This document shows, piece by piece, positions 55,669 to 64,000 of a DNA stretch of 64,000 nucleotides (position 1 is its first letter; each line of letters starts with the position of its first letter). Under the pieces are notes generated by a model. That model worked only from the letters and a program-made list of their open reading frames with translations, searched no databases and was not told the origin of the DNA. Position numbers and translations under genes: made by a program. Source of the DNA: Pseudomonadota bacterium (lineage in GTDB: Bacteria; Myxococcota; JACRCW01; JAFGSX01); assembly GCA_043821645.1 (NCBI GenBank), contig JBDRCO010000052.1, positions 64,001-128,000 of the forward strand, given 5' to 3'.

Positions 55669-58395
55669 ATGAAGAGGCTCATTCACGGAGTGATGGTTCT
55701 GGCGCCCCTCGCGATGCTCCTGTGGAGCGCGAACGCCCAAGCAGTCACCCAGACCGGGCAGGTCACGGGCTATGTCTCCGACCAGTCCGGCATGCCGGTA
55801 CCCGACGTTCGCATCGAGGTCGCCGGCGAGAACCTCATCGGTGGCAAGCGCAGCACGACCACCAACGAGGACGGCGAGTTCCGGTTCTTGCAGCTGCCGC
55901 CAGGTATGTACAAGGTGGTGGCGACGCACGAGCTATACCGGCGCGTGACGATGGACAAGGTCGCGGTGCAGATCAACCGCACGGCCAGCGTCGACATCGT
56001 GCTCGAGCCGCCGGTGGCCGCCGAGGCCGAGGCTTACGTGGTCAAGGGCACGGTGCCGGTGGTCGATGTCGAGCGAACCACCCTGGGCAATTCAGTGTCC
56101 GCGAGTTTCACCGAGACCATCCCCACCAGCCGCGACTACCAGGGCATGGCCCAGCTGGTCCCGGGCGTGGTGGGTGGCGCCAACCCGAACGTGCATGGCG
56201 CGACCCTGTACGGCAACCAGTACTTCCTTGACGGCATCAACATCACCGACCCGGTGACCAACACCTTCAGCGCCAACTTCAACTTCGATGCCATCCAGGA
56301 AGTCGAGGTCCTCACCGGCGTGCTGGACGCCGAATATGGCAGCGCCCAGGGCGGCATCATCAACATCGTCACCAAGAGCGGCGGAAACGAGTTCACCGCC
56401 GACGCCTCGATCTACTACTCTTCCGCCTACCTGCAATGGCGTGAGAAGGGCGAGGAAGAACTCAACAACCAGATGCTTCAGCTCTCCCTCAACGTGGGCG
56501 GGCCCATCATCAAGGACAGGCTGTGGTTCTTTGTCTCCGGTGAGGTGCCCTGGGCCATCCAGACCCTTCCGCCCACCGCGGCCACCAGCGACATCTTCCC
56601 GGATCAGGCAGGCAAGCTGCACCCTTCGCGCGACTTCCGGGCCTTTTATGGTCTGGCCAAGCTGACCTGGCAGCCCTTCAGCAACCAGACCTTCAAGTTC
56701 TTGCTGCAGGGCGACCCCACCACCATCTACAACGAGGGGCAGAGTCCATCCATCCATCCCGACGCCGAGACCCAGCGCTACCAGGGTGGCGTCATCGCGT
56801 CGGTGGCCAGCGAGACCTTCGTGTTGCCCGAGCTGTTCCTGAACAACCGCCTGGCCTACACCCACGGCCGCTTGTTCATCTATCCGCAGTCCAATGACTT
56901 CGATACCCCGGGGCGCGGCAACACGGCCACCGGCACGGCCACGGTCAACGATACCACCTGGCTCGACGACAATCGCTACCGCGTGCAATTGCACTCGTCG
57001 GCCACCTATACCCTGGACAACCTCATCGGCGAGCACCAGTTCAAGGCTGGCGTCGACGCGTCCCTGACCATCAACACGGTGTTCGACTCGCTGCCCGGCG
57101 GTGGTTCCTACACCGACAATGGCCTGGACCCGACCAACCCGAACTCTGCGTCGGGCGCCGGTCTGCCGTATCAATACACGCGCCTCATCGAATCCCAGGA
57201 CACCGTCATCTATGGCGACACCGTCAGCGTGTTCGTCCAGGACAAGTGGAAGCCCTTCCCCTCGCTGACCGTGCGTCCAGGCCTGCGCATGGACTCCGCG
57301 CGCATGCGCAACTTCGAGGGCGTCGCCCAGGTCCAGATCAACACCCTGAGCCCGCGCCTCGCCGTCAGTTGGGATCCCTTCGACGACAACAAGACCGCTC
57401 TGCGCGCCGGTTACGGCCAGTACGTGGACACGGGCTACCTGGCGCTGTCGGATTTTGCCGGCGGCAAGGGCAAGCTCACCCATACCTACGAGTACAACCC
57501 CATCACGGAAGAGTACGACATCTACCTGTACGAGGAAGGTGGAGCCAACGGCGTCGAGGGCAAGGACTACCTCAAGGACATGTTCGACCAGCGCCGTCCC
57601 CGCGTGCACGAGCTCAACCTCGGCGTGAGCCGTGAACTCATCACCGACCTCGGCTTCAGCGCGGACTTCATCTATCGCTTCTACGGCAACCAGTGGGAGG
57701 ACGACGAGATCAACGCCCAGTGGAACGAGGATGGCGACGCGGTCATCGGTTTCAACAACGGCGAGCAGAAGTACATCTACAGCCTGGGTGCCCTCGACGA
57801 GGCCTTCATTCGTTACTATGGCTTCGAGTTCGCCCTGAACAAGCGCTTCAGCTCCAACTGGGAAATGATGGCCTCCTACACTTGGTCGTGGACCGAGGGG
57901 ACAGAGCCCAGCATCATCAGCGTTGCGTTCGATCGCCCGCGCCAGCGGGAATATGAGTTCGGCTTCCTGCCCCAGGATGTCCGCCACGTGCTCAAGATCT
58001 ACGGCAGCTACCGCCTGCCCTACGGCTTCGTGGTCGGCGGACGCGTGCGCTACCAGTCCGGCGGTCCGTACAACCGCTATTACTTCAACAGCTTCTACAG
58101 CGACTACGAGGACCGACGCGCACCCCGCGGCTTCGATCGCCAGGACGACGGGACACTGGTCGAGCTGCGCTACCCCGACACCTTCACGGTCAACGCGCGC
58201 GTGACGTGGCAGCTACAGGAGCTGACGGGCCAGAAGCTCGACCTGATCTGCGAGGTGTTCAACCTGCTCAACGCGCGGACACCAGCGGGCTACGAGACCC
58301 GGAACCTGCCGGCTGGCGGCGCCACCCAGTTCGGCGACGTCACGGACAAGCTCGATCCACTCAACGTGCAGCTGGGTCTCCGGTACCGTTTCTAG
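55669..58395 (+). CDS. TonB-dependent outer-membrane receptor, Oar-like (N-terminal carboxypeptidase-regulatory-like domain)
   Basis: Signal peptide, G.V.DQSG.PVP...TTNEDGEFRF..LPPG.Y, plug (NQYFLDGINITD, AEYG.AQGGIINIVTKSG.N), FVQDKW, SPRL, ends LRYRF. Alternative start 55657. Confidence 0.9.
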   Translation: MKRLIHGVMVLAPLAMLLWSANAQAVTQTGQVTGYVSDQSGMPVPDVRIEVAGENLIGGKRSTTTNEDGEFRFLQLPPGMYKVVATHELYRRVTMDKVAVQINRTASVDIVLEPPVAAEAEAYVVKGTVPVVDVERTTLGNSVSASFTETIPTSRDYQGMAQLVPGVVGGANPNVHGATLYGNQYFLDGINITDPVTNTFSANFNFDAIQEVEVLTGVLDAEYGSAQGGIINIVTKSGGNEFTADASIYYSSAYLQWREKGEEELNNQMLQLSLNVGGPIIKDRLWFFVSGEVPWAIQTLPPTAATSDIFPDQAGKLHPSRDFRAFYGLAKLTWQPFSNQTFKFLLQGDPTTIYNEGQSPSIHPDAETQRYQGGVIASVASETFVLPELFLNNRLAYTHGRLFIYPQSNDFDTPGRGNTATGTATVNDTTWLDDNRYRVQLHSSATYTLDNLIGEHQFKAGVDASLTINTVFDSLPGGGSYTDNGLDPTNPNSASGAGLPYQYTRLIESQDTVIYGDTVSVFVQDKWKPFPSLTVRPGLRMDSARMRNFEGVAQVQINTLSPRLAVSWDPFDDNKTALRAGYGQYVDTGYLALSDFAGGKGKLTHTYEYNPITEEYDIYLYEEGGANGVEGKDYLKDMFDQRRPRVHELNLGVSRELITDLGFSADFIYRFYGNQWEDDEINAQWNEDGDAVIGFNNGEQKYIYSLGALDEAFIRYYGFEFALNKRFSSNWEMMASYTWSWTEGTEPSIISVAFDRPRQREYEFGFLPQDVRHVLKIYGSYRLPYGFVVGGRVRYQSGGPYNRYYFNSFYSDYEDRRAPRGFDRQDDGTLVELRYPDTFTVNARVTWQLQELTGQKLDLICEVFNLLNARTPAGYETRNLPAGGATQFGDVTDKLDPLNVQLGLRYRF

Positions 58396-58396
58396 T

Positions 58397-58442
58397 TCTC
58401 TCCGGGCCTGGCTACGGGTCCTGCCCAGGTGCCCGATAGAGA
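58397..58442 (+). other. Imperfect intergenic hairpin (possible mRNA stabiliser or attenuator)
   Basis: TCTCT/AGAGA, CGGGC/GCCCG and CTGG/CCAG arms directly after the receptor stop; no U-tract. Confidence 0.35.
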
Positions 58443-58526
58443 CCGGTACGTGCACGACCCTTCGGGCCTGCTAGAATAGAGAAGAGGCCTGTGGCGGATG
58501 CTGCGGGGCCGTGCCGTGGGTGCAGG

Positions 58527-59285
58527 ATGTTTGAGGGCTTCGTCGAGCAGCGACACGAGACCGGCCTGTTGCGGCGGCTGGCAGCGTTCTCGCTATCGAC
58601 GGGTCTGCACATTGGCCTGGTTGCGCTGATCCTGTTTCTCTCGGTCAAGGTCGCCGAGAGTGCCGCGGACGAGGAAGTGCCGGTGCTGTTCTATGCACCA
58701 CCCCCCCCGCCACCGCCTCCTCCACCACCACCCAAGGTCACCAAGGTCAAGAAGGTCAAGACCAGGCCCACCGAGATCGTCCAGCCCAAGGTCGAGGAGA
58801 TCAGACCCGTGGAGCCCGAGCTAGAGCCCGAGCCAGAACCCGAGCCAGAACCCGAGCCGGTGAATGACGAGGACGGCGAGGAAGGTGGCGTCGAGGGCGG
58901 CGTGGTGGGTGGCGTCGTGGGAGGTGTGGTCGGTGGGGTGGTCGGTGGGGTGCTTGGTGGCCAGCTCGGTGGTCAGCTCCCGCCACCCGACGAGCCGGTG
59001 CGTCTGAAGAAGGGCATGACTCCGCCCAAGGTCGTGGCCTCCACCATGGCAGAGCCCGAGTACCCGCGTATGCTTCGAGAGGCGCGTGTCGAGGGACGCG
59101 TCATGCTGCTCATCGCGGTCAAGCGGGATGGCAGCGTCGGTGAGGTTCAGGTCCGCAGTGGCAACTCTGCCCTGGCCAAGGCTGCGGTCGAAGCGATCAA
59201 GAAATGGCGATTCAAACCCGCCATGTACAACGGGCAGCCGATTGCCGTATGGCTGCCCTATCCCTTCGTGTTCAAGCTGGAGTAA
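58527..59285 (+). CDS. tonB: Energy transducer TonB
   Basis: TM with S-x3-H (STGLH), poly-Pro, (EP)n and GGVV repeats, C-terminal PEYP...VEGRV...WRFKPA. Confidence 0.9.
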   Translation: MFEGFVEQRHETGLLRRLAAFSLSTGLHIGLVALILFLSVKVAESAADEEVPVLFYAPPPPPPPPPPPPKVTKVKKVKTRPTEIVQPKVEEIRPVEPELEPEPEPEPEPEPVNDEDGEEGGVEGGVVGGVVGGVVGGVVGGVLGGQLGGQLPPPDEPVRLKKGMTPPKVVASTMAEPEYPRMLREARVEGRVMLLIAVKRDGSVGEVQVRSGNSALAKAAVEAIKKWRFKPAMYNGQPIAVWLPYPFVFKLE

Positions 59286-59451
59286 TGTGCCGAGCGGAGA
59301 GTGAGGACGCACGGCTCGCCCGTGCGTCGACCCGTGAGCCTTCTGCCCCGCATCCCACCCGCCGAGCTTCCTCGCCGGGCTCCAGGTGTCGCAGGCAGCG
59401 CCAGATCCGGGACGTCACACTGGACGTGCCCGATCGCGTCAGGAGCGTCAG

Positions 59452-60141
59452 ATGGAATTCAGTCTGGTTCACATGTGGGAGACGATGGGCACCATCGCCA
59501 AGACGGTGGTGTATGTCCTGCTGTTCATGAGCGTGGGTACCATCGGCATCGCCATCGAGCGGCTCATTGCCTTCGTGCGAGCCTCGGGGCAGTCCACCAA
59601 GTTCGCCCTCGACATCCGCTCCGCGCTCGACGGGCGCGACTTCGCGCGGGTGGGTGAGCGCCAGGGGCTGTACAAGCAGTCTCCCCTGGCCCAGGTCGTC
59701 GGCAGCGGTGTCTCCGAGTACAACAAGGCGCTGCAGGCGCGCGGCGCGGGGGCGACTTACGAGGCCGTCGCGGCGGCGCAGAGAGCCAGCGAGCGCAGCA
59801 TCGACGTCGAGCTGACCAGGCTGCGGCGCGGACTCGGAGTCCTCGCCACGGTTGGGTCGACCGCGCCCTTCGTCGGTCTGTTTGGCACGGTGTTCGGCAT
59901 CATCAACGCGTTCCAGGCCATGGGTGAGGGGCAGGGCGATCTGGCGACCATCGGACCCGGCATCGCCGAGGCTCTGGTGACGACGGCGTTCGGCATCCTG
60001 GTGGCCATCATTGGGGTGTGGTTCTACAACGCCTACACCGCTCGTGTGGATGCCGTGGGTGGGGCTCTGATCACGGCCAAGAACGAGATCGTGGACTACT
60101 TCATCAAGGACGAGGGCAGGGCCCAGCATACGGCCGCCTAG
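59452..60141 (+). CDS. exbB: MotA/TolQ/ExbB proton channel protein
   Basis: LATVGSTAPFVGLFGTVFGIINAF, GIAEALVTTAFG. Confidence 0.9.
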   Translation: MEFSLVHMWETMGTIAKTVVYVLLFMSVGTIGIAIERLIAFVRASGQSTKFALDIRSALDGRDFARVGERQGLYKQSPLAQVVGSGVSEYNKALQARGAGATYEAVAAAQRASERSIDVELTRLRRGLGVLATVGSTAPFVGLFGTVFGIINAFQAMGEGQGDLATIGPGIAEALVTTAFGILVAIIGVWFYNAYTARVDAVGGALITAKNEIVDYFIKDEGRAQHTAA

Positions 60142-60160
60142 GTCCGAGGAGATTGCGCAG

Positions 60161-60577
<417 letters not shown>

Positions 60578-60603
60578 GCCGCCAGGAGAAGGATCCCAGG
60601 ACT

Positions 60604-61062
60604 ATGGCGATGCAGATCGGCAGCAAGGGCATTCAGTCCGAGATCAACGTCACGCCGCTCATCGACGTGGTGCTGGTGCTGCTCATCATCTTCATGGTGG
60701 TCGTGCCCCTGGTCGAGCGCCGTTTCATCCTCGCCGTTCCCGAGAAGGACCTTCCTCAGGAGGAGCTTCCCGAAGACAGCCCGAAGCCGCTGCTGGTCAT
60801 GCTGGAGGCGGACGGCTCGGTCAAGCTGAACGACCAGGTCCTGCCCATGGAGCAGCTCCTGGACAAGTTGCACACCGTGCTCAGGCGTCGCGACGAGAAG
60901 GTGGTGTTCTTCGACGCTGCGAAGAGCGCCAACTACGGACAGGCCGTGGACGTGATGGACGCCTGTCGTGGCGTCGGAGCCCGGCACATCGGCATCATCG
61001 ATCCGGCAGCTGTTGCCGGCGAGTTGCCCGAAGCCCCGGTCGAAGCTCTACCCTCACCCTGA
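60604..61062 (+). CDS. exbD: Biopolymer transport protein ExbD/TolR (second paralog)
   Basis: EINVTPLIDVVLVLLIIFMV. Confidence 0.9.
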   Translation: MAMQIGSKGIQSEINVTPLIDVVLVLLIIFMVVVPLVERRFILAVPEKDLPQEELPEDSPKPLLVMLEADGSVKLNDQVLPMEQLLDKLHTVLRRRDEKVVFFDAAKSANYGQAVDVMDACRGVGARHIGIIDPAAVAGELPEAPVEALPSP

Positions 61063-62394
61063 CGCGTGCTCGCCTGCACAGCCCATCCAGGGGTCGCGTC
61101 CACGGATGCCGCCGGAGGCCATGGCGCGGGCCCGGCACGCTCCCGCGCAGGTGACAAGATCGTCGCAGGCTGCGCAGGACGCGCCCGGTTCAAGTTGACG
61201 CCACATTGTCACCGCCGGCGACTCCGCCCAGCACTCGGTCAGGGTGTGATGGTGCAGGCTCCAGGCATTGTCCGGGCGCAGGCTTCCGCAGCCGAGCACG
61301 CGTCCGTCGTGGGTCACGGTCGCAGTGGTGGTTCCAGCGATACAGCCGAAGCCCGGCGACACCCCGAGCCAGGCCGGGGCGCGTGTCGGAATGCCGTCGG
61401 ACAGATCCGCAGGACAGCTGGTCTCGGGCCAGGCGTCGCGAACCCGTTTTACGACGCGCTGCCAGTGCCGACGCGGCACCACCAGATCGTGCGCCGCGCT
61501 CGCCTCGCCGAGCTGCGAGAAGGGCTTGAACACCACGCGGTGCACCCCCAGGCGGGTGGCCAGGGGTGCGAATTCCAGCAAGCGATTCGCGACGGCAGGT
61601 GTCACCGTGACCCGCAGCTTGACGTCGTGCGCGCCCGCCGCGATCAGGTGCGCGATGCCGCGCATGGCACGATCGAACTGACCCCGGCCGCGCAGGCGGT
61701 CATGGCTCTCGGCATCGGGCCCGTCGAGGGAAATGGAGTAGCCGCGCAGCGGACTTGCCGCGAGCTGGCGCGCCCTGGTCTCGTCGACGAGTGTGGCGTT
61801 GGTGCACAGCCAGGCATCCAGCTGGTGCTGGGCCAGGCCATCCAGAACACGTTCGAGGTCCGGTCGCAGCAGTGGCTCGCCACCGGCCAGGACCAGCAGC
61901 GGGGCGCCGAGTTGCTTCAGCTCTGCAAACAGCTCGGACCAGCGCGCGGCCGGTAACTCGTCGCGCGCAGGCGAGGCGACCACGTCCATGTAGCAGTGTG
62001 CACAGCGCAGATTGCAGGCGCGGGTCAGCTCCACGTGGGTGACCAGGGGAGCCGTGAGAGCCGGATGTGTCCGCGGTGTGTCGACGACCTGCGCCGTGCA
62101 GCGAAAGCCCGCGTCGAGCATCCCCTCCCGCCGCCAGCTCGCCACCAGAAGCGAAAAGGCCTGGTCGTCGAGCCCGGGGACGCCTCCCTGGCGCGCGTAC
62201 TGCGTCAGGATGCTCTCCTGCGTCGAGCTTGCCAGGAGGATGGCTGGACCCGGCGGGATCGCCTCGGTGCTGCAGTCGGAACGTCTGTACCACAGGGCGC
62301 CAAAACGCTCCTTGCGCAGGACGTCAGGGGCAGTCGATGGCGAGGGATGACTTGGGGTGGCCAGATCCGAGGCGCAGGTGCGGGCAGAGACCAT
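61054..62394 (-). CDS. Radical SAM/SPASM maturase with N-terminal RRE-like domain
   Basis: CNLRCAHC, GGEPLL, ISLDG; SPASM C-x12-G-x4-C...CxxC-x5-C-x3-C...C; N-terminal LRKERFGALWY resembles MftB/PqqD-type RRE. Confidence 0.88.
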   Translation of the reverse strand: MVSARTCASDLATPSHPSPSTAPDVLRKERFGALWYRRSDCSTEAIPPGPAILLASSTQESILTQYARQGGVPGLDDQAFSLLVASWRREGMLDAGFRCTAQVVDTPRTHPALTAPLVTHVELTRACNLRCAHCYMDVVASPARDELPAARWSELFAELKQLGAPLLVLAGGEPLLRPDLERVLDGLAQHQLDAWLCTNATLVDETRARQLAASPLRGYSISLDGPDAESHDRLRGRGQFDRAMRGIAHLIAAGAHDVKLRVTVTPAVANRLLEFAPLATRLGVHRVVFKPFSQLGEASAAHDLVVPRRHWQRVVKRVRDAWPETSCPADLSDGIPTRAPAWLGVSPGFGCIAGTTTATVTHDGRVLGCGSLRPDNAWSLHHHTLTECWAESPAVTMWRQLEPGASCAACDDLVTCAGACRARAMASGGIRGRDPWMGCAGEHASG

Positions 62395-63317
62395 CAGCAG
62401 CCGGAGCTCACCTTCTTGAAATCCGGATCGCCGAGCTGCTCCACACCGGGCAGGTCCTTGCCCGCGAGGTAGTGACCCTGGTACTCGCCACCCAGTCTGG
62501 CCTCGATCTCGGCCTTCTTGCGCGCGGCGAAGCCCGCCAGATCGTCCGTCCCCAGGAGCTTGCCGACCTCGCGGTCGCTCAGGTGCTGGTCTCCGGTGAC
62601 CAGGCGCGAGAACAGTGGAATGTGACGCAGGAAGTGGGTCTCGGCGTTCTTGAGGCGCTCGTCCATGTCCCAGATGTCGACGCCGGCTGGCTGGCTCGCG
62701 AGGTCCCGATAGGCCCAGGTGATCGCCTCGGCACCGGTCATCGTGGCAGCGTGCTGGCTCGCCTTGCGCGTGATGTTCACGTCCAGGTTCTTGCGCCCAT
62801 CGATGTCACGGCTCACCTTGCTGAGAGCATCGTTCCAGGCGCTCATCTCGGTGCGGAAGGACTCCAGGGAGCCATCCACCGCTGCGTCGGCGAGCTTTCC
62901 GGACAGCCCCTGCAGGCGATCCGAGGCCTCGGCCTCCTTGCGATCGAGGCGCCCGTCGCCATTCTTGTCCAGTGCGCGCACCTCCTGCTTGGCCGCAAGC
63001 AGAGCACTCATCACGTTCTGGACCTCACCTGAATCCAGCTTCTTGGGATCGACCTGCACGCTGCGCGTCGACGTTCCACCTGAACAGCCGGCAGGAACGC
63101 TTCGCTCCTCGGTGCGTGCAAAGCTGTCCTTGATGGCCTCCAGGCTCCTGTCCAGGGCCCGGTCGCCCGTCGCCTCGACCGCGTGCTCCAGCTTCTCCAC
63201 GTCGACAGAACCGTCTGCGGAGCGCGCGGTCTTGATGGCATCCCCCAGCCGGTCGAGGGTCTTGTCCAGGTCGCGGGGCACCACCGCGGGCATGTCGGGC
63301 TTGCGGATCGAGGTCAT
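62394..63317 (-). CDS. Hypothetical helical protein with EF-hand loop, ending in SSGC
   Basis: RBS AAGGAG; canonical 12-residue loop DKNGDGRLDRKE; no signal peptide; stop overlaps the rSAM start. Confidence 0.75.
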   Translation of the reverse strand: MTSIRKPDMPAVVPRDLDKTLDRLGDAIKTARSADGSVDVEKLEHAVEATGDRALDRSLEAIKDSFARTEERSVPAGCSGGTSTRSVQVDPKKLDSGEVQNVMSALLAAKQEVRALDKNGDGRLDRKEAEASDRLQGLSGKLADAAVDGSLESFRTEMSAWNDALSKVSRDIDGRKNLDVNITRKASQHAATMTGAEAITWAYRDLASQPAGVDIWDMDERLKNAETHFLRHIPLFSRLVTGDQHLSDREVGKLLGTDDLAGFAARKKAEIEARLGGEYQGHYLAGKDLPGVEQLGDPDFKKVSSGC

Positions 63318-63428
63318 TTTGGAACTCCTTGGGAAGATGAGGCGCTGCTCATCCTATCTGGAATCGTCTGAATTTGGGCGAGATCTGGCTCCAAGGTGCT
63401 TGCCGTCCTGGAGGTCCTGCCAGGCCGC

Positions 63429-63947
63429 TCACTGCCCGATGAACTTGCACCAGCCCCGGCAGCGCGCCCGGGACTTGTCGCAGTTATCAAAACAGCCAGC
63501 GCAGGTGTGGGAATCCCCGGGCGAGGTGGTGCAGGCGTCGCCGCAAGCGCTCGCCTGGCGGTCGCAATCGCGGCGGCAGTCGCTCTGGTCGGTGCCGTCG
63601 CGCTCCTGGTGCTCCCGGTTGGTGCCGTCGAGGCAGGCGCGGATGGACGCGCTATCCGAGGCCGCATCGCCCTGGCAGCTCAAGCCCGCCAGGCACTCGG
63701 CGCCCTCGGCCTTCCATTCCTGGCACTGCTCCAGGCACACGGCCAGATCCAGCTCGCGGCCAGACTCGGCGTCGCGGCAACCGCGGGGCGTTCCATCCGG
63801 TGCCTGGGCCACGCTGTCCGCGCGGAGTCCGCACGCCTCGACCACCACCTCGCAGGCCTTGTCGCAGGGGCCCGTGCAGGCCCATCCCCAGAGGCACAGG
63901 AACCCGACGCTCACGGCGACACCAAGGCTGAGCAGGCGTGCGTGCAT
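63429..63947 (-). CDS. Cys-rich lipoprotein (20 Cys in 172 aa)
   Basis: Signal with lipobox candidate WGWAC; repeated CxxxC motifs. Confidence 0.65.
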   Translation of the reverse strand: MHARLLSLGVAVSVGFLCLWGWACTGPCDKACEVVVEACGLRADSVAQAPDGTPRGCRDAESGRELDLAVCLEQCQEWKAEGAECLAGLSCQGDAASDSASIRACLDGTNREHQERDGTDQSDCRRDCDRQASACGDACTTSPGDSHTCAGCFDNCDKSRARCRGWCKFIGQ

Positions 63948-63953
63948 GTGGGC

Positions 63954-64000
63954 TCAGTCCAACAGGCCAGCGGGGTTGACGTCGACGGTGAAGGTCGTGG
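63954..64000 (-). CDS. 3' end of a gene truncated by the window; tail resembles the PriA C-terminus
   Basis: Reads ...TTFTVDVNPAGLLD*, similar to the PriA xxDVDP tail; only 15 codons visible. Confidence 0.3.
   Translation of the reverse strand, partial: TTFTVDVNPAGLLD

Noticed and set aside
58690-58985. Pro, EP and GGVV tandem DNA repeats
   Set aside because: Normal low-complexity periplasmic linker of TonB proteins.
62340-62400. Selenocysteine read-through at SSGC-TGA (GCU-like redox tail)
   Set aside because: The TGA overlaps the rSAM start as an ordinary coupled junction and no convincing SECIS hairpin follows; not fully excludable without a bSECIS search.

Overview
High-GC, gene-dense chromosomal segment of a diderm bacterium, most likely Myxococcota or a related deltaproteobacterium. 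This is inferred from LpxB, the myxobacterial-type PilZ protein, the Oar-like receptor with TonB/ExbB/ExbD/ExbD, the thrombospondin type-3 lipoprotein and several Cys-rich lipoproteins. I saw no rRNA, tRNA, CRISPR array or mobile element. Housekeeping content includes the 3' end of lpxB, ribA, gcvT-H-PA-PB, ruvB and aminopeptidase P. The most notable items are: (1) an unannotated ~186-nt 6S-RNA-like ncRNA with its own -10 box and terminator (23491-23676), outside the usual zapA/ygfA context; (2) an extracytosolic flavinylation/electron-transfer locus (porin, ApbE, FMN-binding protein, Sec/Tat polyferredoxin and an Ig-stalked DUF2271-like lipoprotein with a variant TEAT motif), next to a CarH-like B12 regulator, two FAD enzymes and ribA; (3) an RRE-radical SAM-SPASM enzyme translationally coupled to a 307-aa EF-hand protein whose only two Cys lie in a repeated [R/K]xVxxGC motif, a candidate new protein-modification system; (4) a PlsR/PlsA-like activase pair (candidate anaerobic plasmalogen/ether-lipid synthesis) with an acyl-CoA ligase and TetR; (5) a 1925-aa TSP3 lipoprotein heading an Oar-TonB-ExbBDD operon. 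All family calls come from motif recognition by eye, not database searches.
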